A DNA stretch of 64,000 nucleotides from an uncultured Planctomycetaceae bacterium. Lineage in GTDB: Bacteria; Planctomycetota; Planctomycetia; Planctomycetales; Planctomycetaceae. The notes under the pieces were generated by a model. It did no database searches. It was not told the DNA's origin and saw nothing but the letters and a program-made list of their open reading frames with translations. Location: positions 1 to 64,000 of the forward strand of contig CAWFGE010000012.1 in the NCBI GenBank assembly GCA_963815195.1. The letters run 5' to 3'. The position numbers and the translations under genes are program-made. Within the stretch, counting starts at the first letter, position 1; each line of letters opens with the position of its first letter. Of this stretch, positions 39,400 through 50,370 are shown piece after piece.

Positions 39400-42180
39400 A
39401 TGAACACAGCACGCTCTTTCCGCCTTTGGCTCGTTCTGATCGGCATGCTCGCGTTTGCCGGCGCGGGAACAAAAATGGTGGCCGCTCCGCCGGCGGGGGA
39501 TGTCGTCGAGCTGGACGATTCCACGCGGGAGAAATGTCTGAGCGTGTTGCGAAACGGGATGCGGTCGGCGGAGTTTTGGCCGTCGATCCACGCGGCCGAG
39601 GGGTTGACCTCGGGTGGGCAAGGCGATGAGGTGATCGAGTTTATCCAGCCGATGCTCAAGGGACCTTATGACGATCAACAGCGGTGCGGGTTGGCCCGCG
39701 AACTCGTACGGGCAGGCGACCTGAATGCAGCGGGAATTATGCTCAAAATTCTCGCCGGCCAAGAGAGCTTCGGCCACGTCCACGCGGCGGAGAGTTTGTA
39801 CAAAGTCGGAGAACTCGGCGACGGCAAGGCTCTGCGGAAAGCCTTCGAGCAAAGTGAAAATCCCCGGCTCAAGCTGATGGCCGCCGCCGCTTTGGGCAAG
39901 GCGGGAAACACCAAAGCGCTCAAGCACGCCCGGCAGATGATGTTCGACAAAGACCCCGAGCTCGCCCGCACCGCCGCGTGGATCGTGGCCCGCATCGGCA
40001 AACCCGACGACATCAAAGACCTGAAGCGCGGCCTCGCGAACATGACCGACGAGTTCAGCCGGTCTTACTTCGAACATGCTTTGGCGACCTTAGGTGATGA
40101 CGCGGGACGCAAAGCCTTGGCGAAGAACCTAGGGTCCCAAGATCCCGCCGTGCGGACGTATTCCGCGACGTTTGCGGGCGATGCGCGGGCGGTTTCCGTC
40201 GCTCCGCGGCTCAAGGAACTCCTCGATGATGAAAACCTCGACGTGCGAGTCCGCGCGGCTCAATCGCTGCTCGTGCTTTCAAAACCCGCCGCGGATGCCA
40301 AGAGCCTCGCCGTTTTGCCGGATGCGCAGGATGCGGTCTATCAATCCCTCGCCCAGCAAGCCCAACAGGCTCTCGAAAAACGCCGGCAGGAATACGAGAA
40401 ACTCGACACGCTCGAAAAATGCCAGGCCTGGCAGAAAGCCCGGCGGGAGTTTTTCATCGAGCAGTTGGGCGGACTGCCCGAACGCACGCCGCTCGAGGCG
40501 CAGGTCACGGGCGAACTCGATGGCGGAGATTACCGCGTGGAAAAGGTGATCTATCAAAGCCGGCCGCATCATCACGTGACGGCCACGGTCTATCTGCCCA
40601 ACACCAAGCCGCCTTATCCCGCGGTGCTCATTGCCTGCGGGCACACCAAGTCCGGCAAGGCGGCCGACTACAACCAGAAGATCGGTATCCTCCTCGCCAA
40701 GAACGGCATGGCGGCGATGTGCTACGATCCCATCGGCCAGGGCGAGCGGTCGCAAATCCTCACCGCGGACGGAAAGCCTGAGCACAGCGGCTCGACAACC
40801 GAGCATTTTCTCACGGGCGTCGGCGCAATCCTCACCGGAACCAACACCGCCGGTTACCGCGTCTGGGACGGCATCCGCGGGATCGATTATCTCTCAGGGC
40901 GAGCCGACATCGATCCCAAAAAAATCGGCTGCACCGGCTGTTCCGGCGGCGGCACGCTCACGAGTTACATCATGGCCCTCGACGACCGCGTGGGCTGCGC
41001 GGCCCCGGCTTGTTATTTGACCACGTTCGGCAAACTGATCGAGACCATCGGCCCGCAGGACGCCGAGCAAAACATCCACGCCCAAATCGCCTTCGGCATG
41101 GATCAGACCGATTACGTCCTCATGCGGGCTCCCAAGCCGACCTTGATCTGCTCGACGACCAGCGACTTCTTCAACATCGAAGGCACCTGGGACACGTTTC
41201 GCCAGGCGAAAAGGTTTTACGCCCAGTTCGGCCAGCCGGAGCAAGTCAACCTCGTCGAAAGCGCAGGCAAGCACGGCGTTACCCAAACGGGACGCGAAGC
41301 CATCGTCCGCTGGATGCAGCGCTGGCTCCTGAATGTCCATCGAGACGTGACCGACCCGGGCAGCAAAGTCTGGTCCGCGAAAGATCTCGAGTGTACGCCC
41401 CAAGGCCAGGTGCTATTGCTGGATGGAGAGTTGTCCGTGTTCGATTTGAACACGAAGCGAGCCCAGGCGTTTCAGAAGAACCGCGCGGCTTTTGCGAAGC
41501 TCAAACCCGAAGCCGCGCGAGAAACCGTCCGCCAGGTCGCGGGCATTCGCCGATTGCAGGAATTGCCCGCCGGCCGACTTCGTGCGTTGGGTTCGGTGAC
41601 GCGGGACGGTTATCAAATCCGCAAACTGGCGATGGAAGTCGAAGGCGATATATCGGTTCCCATTCTGCGAATTTCCCCCAACCAGCCCAGCGGCGAACGC
41701 GTGCTGTTCTTGTCAGGCGACGGCAAACAAACGGCCATAGAAAACGCCCAAGTCCAAGCCCTGCTCCAAGAGGGGCAGGAAGTGTGGGCCTTGGATCTCA
41801 GAGGCATCGGCGAACTGCGAAACCGCTCCAGCAGCAAGCAACTGGGTGACTGGAAAACGTTCTTCCTGGCGTATCTGCTCGATCAATCCCTCGTCGGCCG
41901 CCGGGCTGAAGATGTCGTGAAATGCGCCCGCTGGATCAATGCCGACGCGGGTCAATCCTCGAAGCCCGTGCGTTTGATCGCGACGGGCGAAGCCTGCATC
42001 GCGGCTCTCCATGCGAAAGCCCTGGAGCCGGGATTGTTCGGGCCGCTGGCGCTCGAGAACGGCATCGAATCCTGGGCCAAGGTCTGCGAAGACCCCAATC
42101 CCGACGGCCAACTGCCCAACACGATCCACGGCGTGTTGATGCACTACGACCTATCCGACCTCAAACGTCTCGCGAAGTAA
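39400..42180 (+). CDS. Secreted HEAT-repeat / acetylxylan-esterase-like alpha/beta hydrolase fusion
   Basis: Signal peptide; HEAT motifs (D.AVR..A); ACGH, YDPIGQGER, GCSGGG nucleophile elbow. Confidence 0.8.
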   Translation: MNTARSFRLWLVLIGMLAFAGAGTKMVAAPPAGDVVELDDSTREKCLSVLRNGMRSAEFWPSIHAAEGLTSGGQGDEVIEFIQPMLKGPYDDQQRCGLARELVRAGDLNAAGIMLKILAGQESFGHVHAAESLYKVGELGDGKALRKAFEQSENPRLKLMAAAALGKAGNTKALKHARQMMFDKDPELARTAAWIVARIGKPDDIKDLKRGLANMTDEFSRSYFEHALATLGDDAGRKALAKNLGSQDPAVRTYSATFAGDARAVSVAPRLKELLDDENLDVRVRAAQSLLVLSKPAADAKSLAVLPDAQDAVYQSLAQQAQQALEKRRQEYEKLDTLEKCQAWQKARREFFIEQLGGLPERTPLEAQVTGELDGGDYRVEKVIYQSRPHHHVTATVYLPNTKPPYPAVLIACGHTKSGKAADYNQKIGILLAKNGMAAMCYDPIGQGERSQILTADGKPEHSGSTTEHFLTGVGAILTGTNTAGYRVWDGIRGIDYLSGRADIDPKKIGCTGCSGGGTLTSYIMALDDRVGCAAPACYLTTFGKLIETIGPQDAEQNIHAQIAFGMDQTDYVLMRAPKPTLICSTTSDFFNIEGTWDTFRQAKRFYAQFGQPEQVNLVESAGKHGVTQTGREAIVRWMQRWLLNVHRDVTDPGSKVWSAKDLECTPQGQVLLLDGELSVFDLNTKRAQAFQKNRAAFAKLKPEAARETVRQVAGIRRLQELPAGRLRALGSVTRDGYQIRKLAMEVEGDISVPILRISPNQPSGERVLFLSGDGKQTAIENAQVQALLQEGQEVWALDLRGIGELRNRSSSKQLGDWKTFFLAYLLDQSLVGRRAEDVVKCARWINADAGQSSKPVRLIATGEACIAALHAKALEPGLFGPLALENGIESWAKVCEDPNPDGQLPNTIHGVLMHYDLSDLKRLAK

Positions 42181-42199
42181 TTCGTTCTGCGTCTTGCCC

Positions 42200-44674
42200 T
42201 CACGGAGCCAGCGGAGCCTTTTTGGGCAGCGTGACGCGGTGGGCGGTTTGCTGCTCCGCGTTGCCGGCGTCGTCGATCGCGGCGGCGGTGAGCTTTCGGT
42301 CCGTGGGCGTTTTCAGCGTGATTTTCCAATCGACGACCCCGGCACCGGAGGAAACCACTTCGGCCGGTTCGCCGTTGACGGTGATCTTCGTGATCGTGCC
42401 GTTGTCGTGCGAGACGCCTTCGAGCTCCACCGTTCCGTCCCGCTCGCGGACCGAGGTAATGGTTGTGGCGGGGGGCAGATCGTCCACGGGATCGAGCACT
42501 TCCGGCCAATCGATGTTACTGACTTCCGCCACGCGGGATTCGTTGGCGGTCAACGGAGGCATGGCTTTGTAGTCACCGCCGTCTTCCATCAAATCCTTGG
42601 CGGCGGTGCTGACGACCTTCGCATGCCGGCCGGGGCCGAAGTAATCGTGGAGATAAATCGGCACGCCCTTGGTGATCGGAGCCACCCGCGGACCGACGCC
42701 GCGATTGATGAGCGGCCAGCGGTCTTTGTGCTGTTCGGGGCGGTTCACTTTGACGTTGCGGAAATGCGTGGCCGCATCGCCCGAGAGGTTCACATCGCTG
42801 ATCTGCACCAAAGGCGTGCTTTTGTTGCCGTAGCCTGTGTCGAAGGTCAGCCCATCGACCGTGATCGTGCCGAGCTGGGCGCTGGCATCGTCCATGCCGC
42901 GGTTGAACGGCTCGGCTCCCACGTCGGAGATGTGCAGGTTGCGGTAGGCGTGGTTCTCGAACGCCGGGCGATAGATTCCGTAAGCCGCGGTTTGAATGCG
43001 GACGTTGTCCATCAGCATGTTGGGGCTGTGCGGGCGGAAGGCGTAATGCGATTTCCAGATCGTCAAGTTGCGGATCACGTGCGGATGCCTCTTGTCGGGG
43101 CCGGTCCAATCGACGCGCTTGATGTAGTCGAGCATCTTCTGATCGTGAATCGGATTGTCCGGCTGGCTGTTGCCGTTGGCGGCGACGACCATTCCATAAA
43201 AGCCTTCGGTGTGGGCTTCGTTGTCCTCGAATCGCCAGATGGGAATCGTCCGCACATCGACGAGTTCTTCCTTGCCTTCGGGCGTGAGGATCGGCAGTTG
43301 AGCGTCGAAGGAGCGATTGCTTTGCATATCGTAGCGGTAGCCGTATTCGTCGTTTTCGCAGGACACGTTTCGCACCAGGGTATTGCGGCCGTTGGCCCAC
43401 CAGAACGCGGCTCCTTCGTTGGGGTCGAAAGGCAGCACCTGTTTGGGCAGCCGTCGTCCGCGGTACGCCTGCACGCCGAGGTTGTGATCGAGCAGGTTGT
43501 AGACTTCGGTCCCGTCTTCGAGAAAATAGCCGTGGCCGACGCTTTGATAGCCGATGCAATCCCGCACCACGAGATATTGGGTGCCGTGGATCGTGATCCA
43601 GCGGTTGTGGGAGTCGACGATCGCCGCCCCGCGGACCTGGCTGCCTCGCATCGTATCGCCCACGAGATGGAAGTGGATCGAATACCGCCCCAAAACGCCT
43701 TCCTTGCCCAGATGGGCGAAGCGGGCGAAGCTGATCCCGCCGCGGCTGAAGCGATGATACACCGTATGCCCGCGAATGCCTTCCGGGTCGGCACTTTCGA
43801 TGACGACGTTCCGGGACAGGTTCGCGACTTCCGTGCGAAAGTCCCCGGAGCCGGCGTGCTCGTATTTGAGCGGCTCATCGAGAACAAGTTCGTCACCATT
43901 GATCTCGTTGATACGCCGGCGCTCGGTGGTGACATCTTCAGGATGATTCCGATAGCTGCCGCCGGCGTCTTTGCGGACGGAACCGGTGATGATGATTTCA
44001 TCGCCGATACGCCAACCCGTAACAGGTTCTGAAACCTTCACGGTCTTGGAGCCCGCGGGGGCGTCGGCGGCGAGTTTGACCCAGGTGGGGTTCAGCGGCG
44101 CGCCGTGGATTTCCATCCGCGCGGAGCAGCAGGCGATCGCCGGGGCATCGTTTTTGTCCAAGCCTTCGAGATAATGCAGCCGGATTTTCGCGGTGTGCTC
44201 GGCGGGGATCGGAGCCTCCGGCGTGCCGATTTCCAACAGCGGAATTTCGCCTTCGGGGGCGGCGCTGGGTTCGCCGGCTTTGTTGACCGAATGGAAATCG
44301 CACGCGAAACCGCTCTCGCTGCAGTGCAGGCTGTTTTGGACTTTGAGCAAAGCCACGTTGAGTTCCGTGTCCTTCTGGCGGGAAAACCTGAGCGTTCCCG
44401 CGACCTGCACCAGGCGAATCACTGCGGGGCTCTTCACATCATAGAGCACTTGAGAACCCCGGCTGATCAGCACGCGGTCGCCCGTTTTGGGCACACGGTG
44501 CGGTTCCCAGGTTTTGGGATCGGACCAGGGGCCGTTCTGCACCGCATGCACATCAAAATCCAAATGGTCCTTGCCGTCGGCATGCTCTCCCGGCTCGTGA
44601 GCGAATAAAGTCGCCGTCGTGGACACCGCCACCAACACAACAGACAGGAAACGACCGATCATGTCTCTCTCCAA
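42200..44674 (-). CDS. Secreted G8-domain protein with beta-helix (TMEM2/fibrocystin-like)
   Basis: GPWSDPKTW, GWRIGDEIIIT, EVANLSRNV, LGRYSIHFH, GHGYFLEDG. Confidence 0.82.
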   Translation of the reverse strand: MERDMIGRFLSVVLVAVSTTATLFAHEPGEHADGKDHLDFDVHAVQNGPWSDPKTWEPHRVPKTGDRVLISRGSQVLYDVKSPAVIRLVQVAGTLRFSRQKDTELNVALLKVQNSLHCSESGFACDFHSVNKAGEPSAAPEGEIPLLEIGTPEAPIPAEHTAKIRLHYLEGLDKNDAPAIACCSARMEIHGAPLNPTWVKLAADAPAGSKTVKVSEPVTGWRIGDEIIITGSVRKDAGGSYRNHPEDVTTERRRINEINGDELVLDEPLKYEHAGSGDFRTEVANLSRNVVIESADPEGIRGHTVYHRFSRGGISFARFAHLGKEGVLGRYSIHFHLVGDTMRGSQVRGAAIVDSHNRWITIHGTQYLVVRDCIGYQSVGHGYFLEDGTEVYNLLDHNLGVQAYRGRRLPKQVLPFDPNEGAAFWWANGRNTLVRNVSCENDEYGYRYDMQSNRSFDAQLPILTPEGKEELVDVRTIPIWRFEDNEAHTEGFYGMVVAANGNSQPDNPIHDQKMLDYIKRVDWTGPDKRHPHVIRNLTIWKSHYAFRPHSPNMLMDNVRIQTAAYGIYRPAFENHAYRNLHISDVGAEPFNRGMDDASAQLGTITVDGLTFDTGYGNKSTPLVQISDVNLSGDAATHFRNVKVNRPEQHKDRWPLINRGVGPRVAPITKGVPIYLHDYFGPGRHAKVVSTAAKDLMEDGGDYKAMPPLTANESRVAEVSNIDWPEVLDPVDDLPPATTITSVRERDGTVELEGVSHDNGTITKITVNGEPAEVVSSGAGVVDWKITLKTPTDRKLTAAAIDDAGNAEQQTAHRVTLPKKAPLAP

Positions 44675-44853
44675 TTGAGTTTCAAAGCATCAATTCATGC
44701 TGATCTGATTGAGATTGTAACTTTCCCCCATGTGCCCCGCAATCGGCATGGGATCTGCTTGACTGTTCTTTTGTGTCAGAACTGTTTCCCGGATATTGGG
44801 ATTGGCTGTCAGCCATTCGATCCGTTTCTATAGATTCCCAAGAGCGACCCCCA

Positions 44854-46197
44854 ATGATTGATTTTCCCGTGAACCAAAGAGCGCAACCCCGCAGCCAGCA
44901 TTCGCGAACCGGGAATCCCATTCGCGTGGGGGCTTTGGTGGATTTGCGGCTCAAGCCCACGGCGGGTGGGCATGTCAAATGCTGGCAGCATTTTGCCGAG
45001 GCCGCGACCGGTTTTCCGAACGACGTGGATCTGACGGTCCATTTCGAAGGCGAAGAAGACGAGGTCCGCGAGCTTTCGGACAACGTTCGCTATGAGCTTT
45101 TGCCGCCCGCCCTCAGCACCGAGAAGCTGCCGTTCCCCATCAAGCAGCAGGACCACACGGACTTGGCTCCCGTGCATCTTCGCTTGATGAAAGAACTCGA
45201 GCATTACGATGTGATCCACGCCACCGGCGCGTGGTTTGCCTACGCGCGGACGGCGATGCGGTTTCATCAGAAATCCGGCGTCCCCCTGGTGCTTTCCACC
45301 CACACCGACGTCCCGCGATGCGCCGAGGTGGTGGCGCGGAATACGATCCGCGGCTGGTTTGGTCAAAGCTTCGCCGGCCGGTGGCTGATCGACCGCTGGC
45401 ATTTTCCCCGCTGGATCGAGCGGCACCTCGAAGGCCGGCTCGACCGGTTTTTGGAGGACTGCGACTTTCTATTGGCCTCGAGCGAGGACGATTATAAACG
45501 CGGGCTGCAATGCCTTCCGGAAGATCGGGTGCGGCGATTGAGGCGGGGCATCGACAAAGATTTCTTTCATCCCCGGTACCGCAACCGGGCCGCCGTGGCC
45601 GCGGCGTTCCATTTGCCCGAAGACCGGCCGTGGCTGTTGTTTGTGGGCCGGTTGGAAGCCAACAAACGCCCCCTGGTGCTTGCCAAAGCAGCCCGCGCGC
45701 TCATCGAACAGGGGATCCCGGTTCAGGCGATCTTCGTGGGCAGCGGTCCGGAGCAATCCAGGTTGGCGAAGGTGCTCGGGCCCGCAGGGAGTTTTCCGGG
45801 ATCGCTGCCCCAGACCAAACTCCAAGGGCTTTACGCCTCCTCCGATCTGTTCGTGTTTCCCTCCACGTCGGAAGTCATGCCGAACGTGGTCATCGAAGCC
45901 AAAACCTCGGGCCTCCCGGTGATTCTCTCGTCCCGCGGCGGGTCCGGGCAGTTGGTCCAAAAGAATTGGGAAGACGGCCTGACGCTCAAGAGCAATCAGC
46001 CCCGCAAATGGGCGGCCGCAATCCGCTGGCTGTTGGAGGATGAAAACGCGCGGCTCGAAATGGGACAGGCCGCGCGCCGGCACATGGAAACAGCCTGGCC
46101 TTCCTGGAAAGATGTCTTATGCGAAGACCTCTTGCCGGTCTGGAGACAAGCGGCCCTTGAAGCGAGACCGGCTTCCCCGGCCGTGTCGCATCCGTGA
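44854..46197 (+). CDS. GT4 family glycosyltransferase
   Basis: LFVGRLEANK, SDLFVFPSTSEVMPNVVIEA..GLPV. Confidence 0.88.
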   Translation: MIDFPVNQRAQPRSQHSRTGNPIRVGALVDLRLKPTAGGHVKCWQHFAEAATGFPNDVDLTVHFEGEEDEVRELSDNVRYELLPPALSTEKLPFPIKQQDHTDLAPVHLRLMKELEHYDVIHATGAWFAYARTAMRFHQKSGVPLVLSTHTDVPRCAEVVARNTIRGWFGQSFAGRWLIDRWHFPRWIERHLEGRLDRFLEDCDFLLASSEDDYKRGLQCLPEDRVRRLRRGIDKDFFHPRYRNRAAVAAAFHLPEDRPWLLFVGRLEANKRPLVLAKAARALIEQGIPVQAIFVGSGPEQSRLAKVLGPAGSFPGSLPQTKLQGLYASSDLFVFPSTSEVMPNVVIEAKTSGLPVILSSRGGSGQLVQKNWEDGLTLKSNQPRKWAAAIRWLLEDENARLEMGQAARRHMETAWPSWKDVLCEDLLPVWRQAALEARPASPAVSHP

Positions 46198-46208
46198 GCG
46201 GCCGCGGG

Positions 46209-47582
46209 TTATGATTCCTCGTCGACCGCGGAGGACTCGCGGTCCTCGTCCTGGCGGGCTCGGTAATAGACTTTGATCGGCACTTCGCGGAACGGCAGCT
46301 TCTCGCGGAATACGCCCAACAGATACCGCTTCCACGATTCGTCGAACAGCGTCGAATCGTTGCATTTGAGCACGATCGTCGGCGGCTCGGTGGCGACTTG
46401 CGTGGCGAAGAGGATCTTCGGCCGGCGGTTCTTGCGGTAAGGCGGCGGATTGGTCGACACCGCCGCCCGCACGAGCTTGTTCAATTTCGATGTCCCCACG
46501 CGCTCGCGGGCTTGCTTGAAGATCGACTGGGCGAGGTTCACGACCTTTCTGATGTTTCGGCTGTCTTTGGCGGTGACGAAGGCGACCGGCACATGCCTCA
46601 TGGAGCCGAACGAGCGAAACAGATACTCGGTCCACTTCTCCACGGTCATCCCGCCTTCGAGGGCCTTGTCCCACTTGTTGACCACGAAGACGCAGGGCTT
46701 GTAATGCTCCTGGATCTCCTCGACAAGCTGCTTGTCCACGCGGGAGATCGTCTCCTGCGAGTCGAAAAACATGAAGACCACATCGGCCCGGCGAATGCTC
46801 CGCTTGGCGCGGACGAGCCCGTAATACTCGATGTCGTTGGCGAGGCTCTTGCGTTTGCGGACGCCGGGGGTGTCGATGGCAATCAGCGCTTTGCCGTCCA
46901 CCTCGAACCGCACATCCACGGAATCCCGCGTGGTGCCCGCGACTTCGCTGACGATCACCCGCTCCTCTTCGGCGAGGGCGTTGATGAACGTGCTTTTGCC
47001 CGCGTTCCGCCGGCCCACGATCGCCAGCTTGAGTTCGGGCTCGGCTCCCAAGAGTTCCCCGCTGGCCGCCTCGTCTGCCTCGGCGGGCGGGAGCTCTTTC
47101 AAAATCGCCTCGAGGAGTTCCTTGCGGTTGCGGTTGCCTTTGACGCTCGTGACCACGACCGGGGCATCCGTCAGCTTGTGGAACTCGAACCGCTCCGCAT
47201 CGGTCTTGGTCGAATCGCATTTGTTGACGACCAGTAGCTTCCGCGTTTCCAGGGGGCGGAGGCGGTCGGCGACGTCTGTATCCAATGGCGTGACGCCCGC
47301 TTGCCCGTCCACCACGAACAACAAGAGGTCGGCTTCGTCGATGCCCATTTGGATTTGGCGTTCGATGTCTTCCGCGAGGTTGTCCGCATCGACCACGCCC
47401 ATCCCGCCGGTGTCGACGAGTTCGAAGTAGCGGTCTTTTTCCTGGAGCAAATGCACAACGCGGTCGCGGGTGACGCCGGCGGTCGGATCGACGACGGACA
47501 CCTTCTTCCGGGCGAGCCAATTGAGCAGCGAGCTTTTGCCCACGTTGGGTCGGCCCACGATCACGACTTTGGGAACGGCCAT
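46209..47582 (-). CDS. der: Ribosome biogenesis GTPase Der (EngA)
   Basis: Two G domains: GRPNVGKS/GVTRD/DTGG/NKCD and GRRNAGKS/GTTRD/DTPG/NKWD. Confidence 0.96.
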   Translation of the reverse strand: MAVPKVVIVGRPNVGKSSLLNWLARKKVSVVDPTAGVTRDRVVHLLQEKDRYFELVDTGGMGVVDADNLAEDIERQIQMGIDEADLLLFVVDGQAGVTPLDTDVADRLRPLETRKLLVVNKCDSTKTDAERFEFHKLTDAPVVVTSVKGNRNRKELLEAILKELPPAEADEAASGELLGAEPELKLAIVGRRNAGKSTFINALAEEERVIVSEVAGTTRDSVDVRFEVDGKALIAIDTPGVRKRKSLANDIEYYGLVRAKRSIRRADVVFMFFDSQETISRVDKQLVEEIQEHYKPCVFVVNKWDKALEGGMTVEKWTEYLFRSFGSMRHVPVAFVTAKDSRNIRKVVNLAQSIFKQARERVGTSKLNKLVRAAVSTNPPPYRKNRRPKILFATQVATEPPTIVLKCNDSTLFDESWKRYLLGVFREKLPFREVPIKVYYRARQDEDRESSAVDEES

Positions 47583-47607
47583 GTGTTCGATTTTCCTTCG
47601 GGATGAC

Positions 47608-47669
47608 CAGCCGGAACGCGCGAGCGTCCGGTTGGCCGAATAAACTGGGCCTAGCGCCCGGCGGCTGAT
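47608..47669. repeat. REP-like element (GCTAGCGCC family variant)
   Basis: CAGCCGGAACGCGCGAGCGTCCGG ... CTAGCGCCCGGCGGCTGAT. Confidence 0.6.
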
Positions 47670-47888
47670 TGATGCGACTATTTTCCGCGAGTGATCCTCA
47701 GTCTCTCAATCCTGAGTGTAGCCGGAAGCGCCCGAATGCGGAAAGCGTGCCGACCTGAGCAGGAATCTCCGCGACCGATCGGTGACGCCGGTGGGGGTCG
47801 GTGATACAATCGAGGAGTCGAGAGAGCTTCCTTACCTTTCCTTTTGCCGTCGGATGGCGTGTCTCCCTGCCCGTCCTTGGTCAACCCG

Positions 47889-48645
47889 ATGTTCCAAACG
47901 TGTTGTCCCGAATGTTTTCATCCCATGTTTCTGCCGAATGAGGAGTTCTTTGGGCGGAAGGGGGTTTGTCCGAGTTGCGGTCACCGGTTTGTGCTCACGC
48001 CGGTGTCGTCGCCCGCCGATGCCGGTCAGAAATCGAGCGCTCCGAGCGATTCCCAATCGACGCTGGACGAGGTGTTGGGGAAACCGAAGAAAACGCCGCC
48101 GCCTTCCCCGCCGCGCGTGGCCCGGCCGGTCGCCAAGCCGCCGTCCGCAAGCGATCCGGATGACGAGGTGGTGGATCTCGATGAACTGGACCGCGAGGAC
48201 GACTCGCTGAGCGACCCCACGCCGATCTCGTTGGAGCAGCGCCGCCGGCAGGGATTGCCCAAAGAAGAGTTTCCCCGGAGCCGTCCGCCGGACTACCGGG
48301 GGGACGATGAGACCTGGGACGAGCCGGGCGATCTTTCGGAGGAGATTTCGCTCTCGGATTCCGTGGCGGCCAGATCGCGGCCGGTCGCGGATTCCCCCTC
48401 CACCAACGGCCAACACGGAAACGAAATCTTCGCCCAGGCCGAAGTCCAGCCCCGCCCGCCGGCGCGATGGAAGCGGGCGAATCGTCGTGTGGATTTTGGC
48501 GGCGGTGGTGACGCTGGGGACGGCCGTCTCCACGTATTTCGGCATCCAGGGCTATCATCTGGCCCAGGAGATCAAATCCCGCCTGGATCAATTGGCCCCC
48601 GCGGAGCCCAACGGCCGACGCCATCTTCCGCCCGAGCGGAACTGA
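47889..48645 (+). CDS. Zn-ribbon membrane-anchored hypothetical protein, probable frameshift near 48395
   Basis: CPEC...CPSCG N-terminus; transmembrane helix IVVWILAAVVTLG in the frame of ORF 48307..48645. Confidence 0.6.
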
Positions 48646-48647
48646 AA

Positions 48648-48723
48648 TGAGCGGCAAGGCGCTAGCCGCCGGTCTTGGTTTTCGGGCGTCTCCAAAACCC
48701 GAGGCTAGCGCCTACGGCTCACG
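48648..48723. repeat. REP-like inverted repeat (GGCGCTAGCC family)
   Basis: TGAGCGGCAAGGCGCTAGCC / GGCTAGCGCCTACGGCTCA. Confidence 0.75.
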
Positions 48724-48731
48724 TTTTGAGA

Positions 48732-50240
48732 TCAATCCCACCACCACGGGTGGGCTTCGGGATGGGCGTTTTCCAAGGCTCCGGTGCGGATGCCTTCGAC
48801 GCGGTCGGCCTCGTCGGTTTTGAATTCGATCGCCCGCACGGTGTCCATCGGATTGATGACCACGCCGCCGCCCACGAGCCCCACGATCAGGCCGCTGCCC
48901 GCCTGGCGGAAATTCATGACGGAATCCACGTGCTTGGGCGGGTTGCCGGGGAAGTAGGTGGCTCGCTTGGTGTCCAAGAGCAGCGACATGTTCCAGCCGA
49001 CTTTCTGCGGCAGGCGTTCTTTCTTGAACAGGGCCGCCAGGATCGAGAGGTCGATCACGTTTTGGAGTTCCGCGAAGATCGGCACCTTCTCGGTCAGTTC
49101 GGGGAATTTCTCGGTGAACTGCTTCGCAAACCGCTCGGTGGTGATGCGGGTCGTGGCGGCGTCCGCGCGTTTGCCGTTCACGCTGACGTATTCCTCCTGC
49201 GACATCAACTGGGCCCGCTGGCCGGCGAAATGAAACGCCGTGCCCTCGTCGTTTTGCTGAAACGCATCGTAAAGCGGCATGAACCAGAACCGCTGCATGC
49301 TGTTGCCGCCGCGCCCGACCATCGCCAGATGGCTGCGGAATTTGGGGACTTGGGGATTTTCGAGGGCCAGCGAAATCCGCTTCATCCGCCAGTCGGCTTC
49401 GACCAGCGTGCAGCCGAAATGCGAATCCGCAGGCACCCCCCACACCGACACGTCCTGGAGGCCCAGAATCTTCGCCATGTTCTGAAATCGGAAGGCGATT
49501 CCCTGAGGCGTGGCGGGGCTGCTGTTGGCTTTGACGTACTGCTGAAACTTGGCGAGCCGATCCTGCTGGGCGTCGATCGAACATCCAATCGCCCCCGTGC
49601 GTTCGAGCGTCCGCAGCGCGATCATCAAATCATCGAGCCGCAGCGGAGGCCGGCGAGTGGTCACGCCCACGACGCGGCCCAACTCGTCCAGCGCAAAGCC
49701 CTCCGCGGGCCCGGCGATGACCAGATCTTTCGAGGCGGGATCGACGAACACATAATCGATTCGCTGGAGGCCCGCGAGAAACTGCATCTCCGGCGGCACG
49801 ACCTTCTTGGCTTTCAGGCAGTCTTCGATCGCGGCTTCCAGACGGACGAGCGACACCTTCCGCAAATTGCTCTGAACGTTGACATCGGCATTCACGAATT
49901 TTTTCGCGAAGGCTTCGAGCTTGGTTTTGTTGAGCTGGCCGGTCTTGGCGAACGCGGGGGTGACCACGCCTTCGGCGTCGATCGAAATCCCGCCCGCGCC
50001 GCCTCCGCCGCCGCCTCCGTTGACGTTCCCGCCGCCCCCATTGACGTTGCCGCCCCCGCCCCCGCCGACATTCCCGCCGCCGCCGACGTTCCCACCGCCG
50101 CCAAAGCCCCCGCCGCCGACGTTCCCCCCGCCGCCGACCGCGCCTCCGCCTCCAAAACCTCCAAACTGGGCGGAAGCCGGGGCCTGGACGAAAAGAGCGA
50201 CTGCGAGAAACGAAGCAACGACCACGCGAGGAGAAATCAT
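48732..50240 (-). CDS. DUF1598-like protein with Gly-rich N-terminal repeats
   Basis: Signal peptide, GGGGNV repeats, GISIDAEGV, LVIAGPAE, IGCSID, RFWF, WWWD end. Confidence 0.75.
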   Translation of the reverse strand: MISPRVVVASFLAVALFVQAPASAQFGGFGGGGAVGGGGNVGGGGFGGGGNVGGGGNVGGGGGGNVNGGGGNVNGGGGGGGAGGISIDAEGVVTPAFAKTGQLNKTKLEAFAKKFVNADVNVQSNLRKVSLVRLEAAIEDCLKAKKVVPPEMQFLAGLQRIDYVFVDPASKDLVIAGPAEGFALDELGRVVGVTTRRPPLRLDDLMIALRTLERTGAIGCSIDAQQDRLAKFQQYVKANSSPATPQGIAFRFQNMAKILGLQDVSVWGVPADSHFGCTLVEADWRMKRISLALENPQVPKFRSHLAMVGRGGNSMQRFWFMPLYDAFQQNDEGTAFHFAGQRAQLMSQEEYVSVNGKRADAATTRITTERFAKQFTEKFPELTEKVPIFAELQNVIDLSILAALFKKERLPQKVGWNMSLLLDTKRATYFPGNPPKHVDSVMNFRQAGSGLIVGLVGGGVVINPMDTVRAIEFKTDEADRVEGIRTGALENAHPEAHPWWWD

Positions 50241-50370
50241 GGGTCACCTTTGAAGAAAATCAGCGTCGAGCGGGCAAAAAGAAAGGCCCGAAAGGGATGC
50301 AAGGGGGATTGCATTCCCTACCATTTATGATAACGCCCCGCCGGAAAAATTCCATGAAATCCCGAGTTTT

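Noticed and set aside
42194..44032. Long antisense or alternate-frame ORFs (e.g. 42194..44032, 21537..23084, 57704..59566, 59879..61510)
   Set aside because: Shadow ORFs expected in high-GC coding DNA; they overlap well-supported genes and have no motifs.
49995..50165. Collagen-like or RiPP precursor repeat
   Set aside because: A simple GGGGNV low-complexity tract within the DUF1598-like protein; no Gly-X-Y period and no modifying enzymes nearby.
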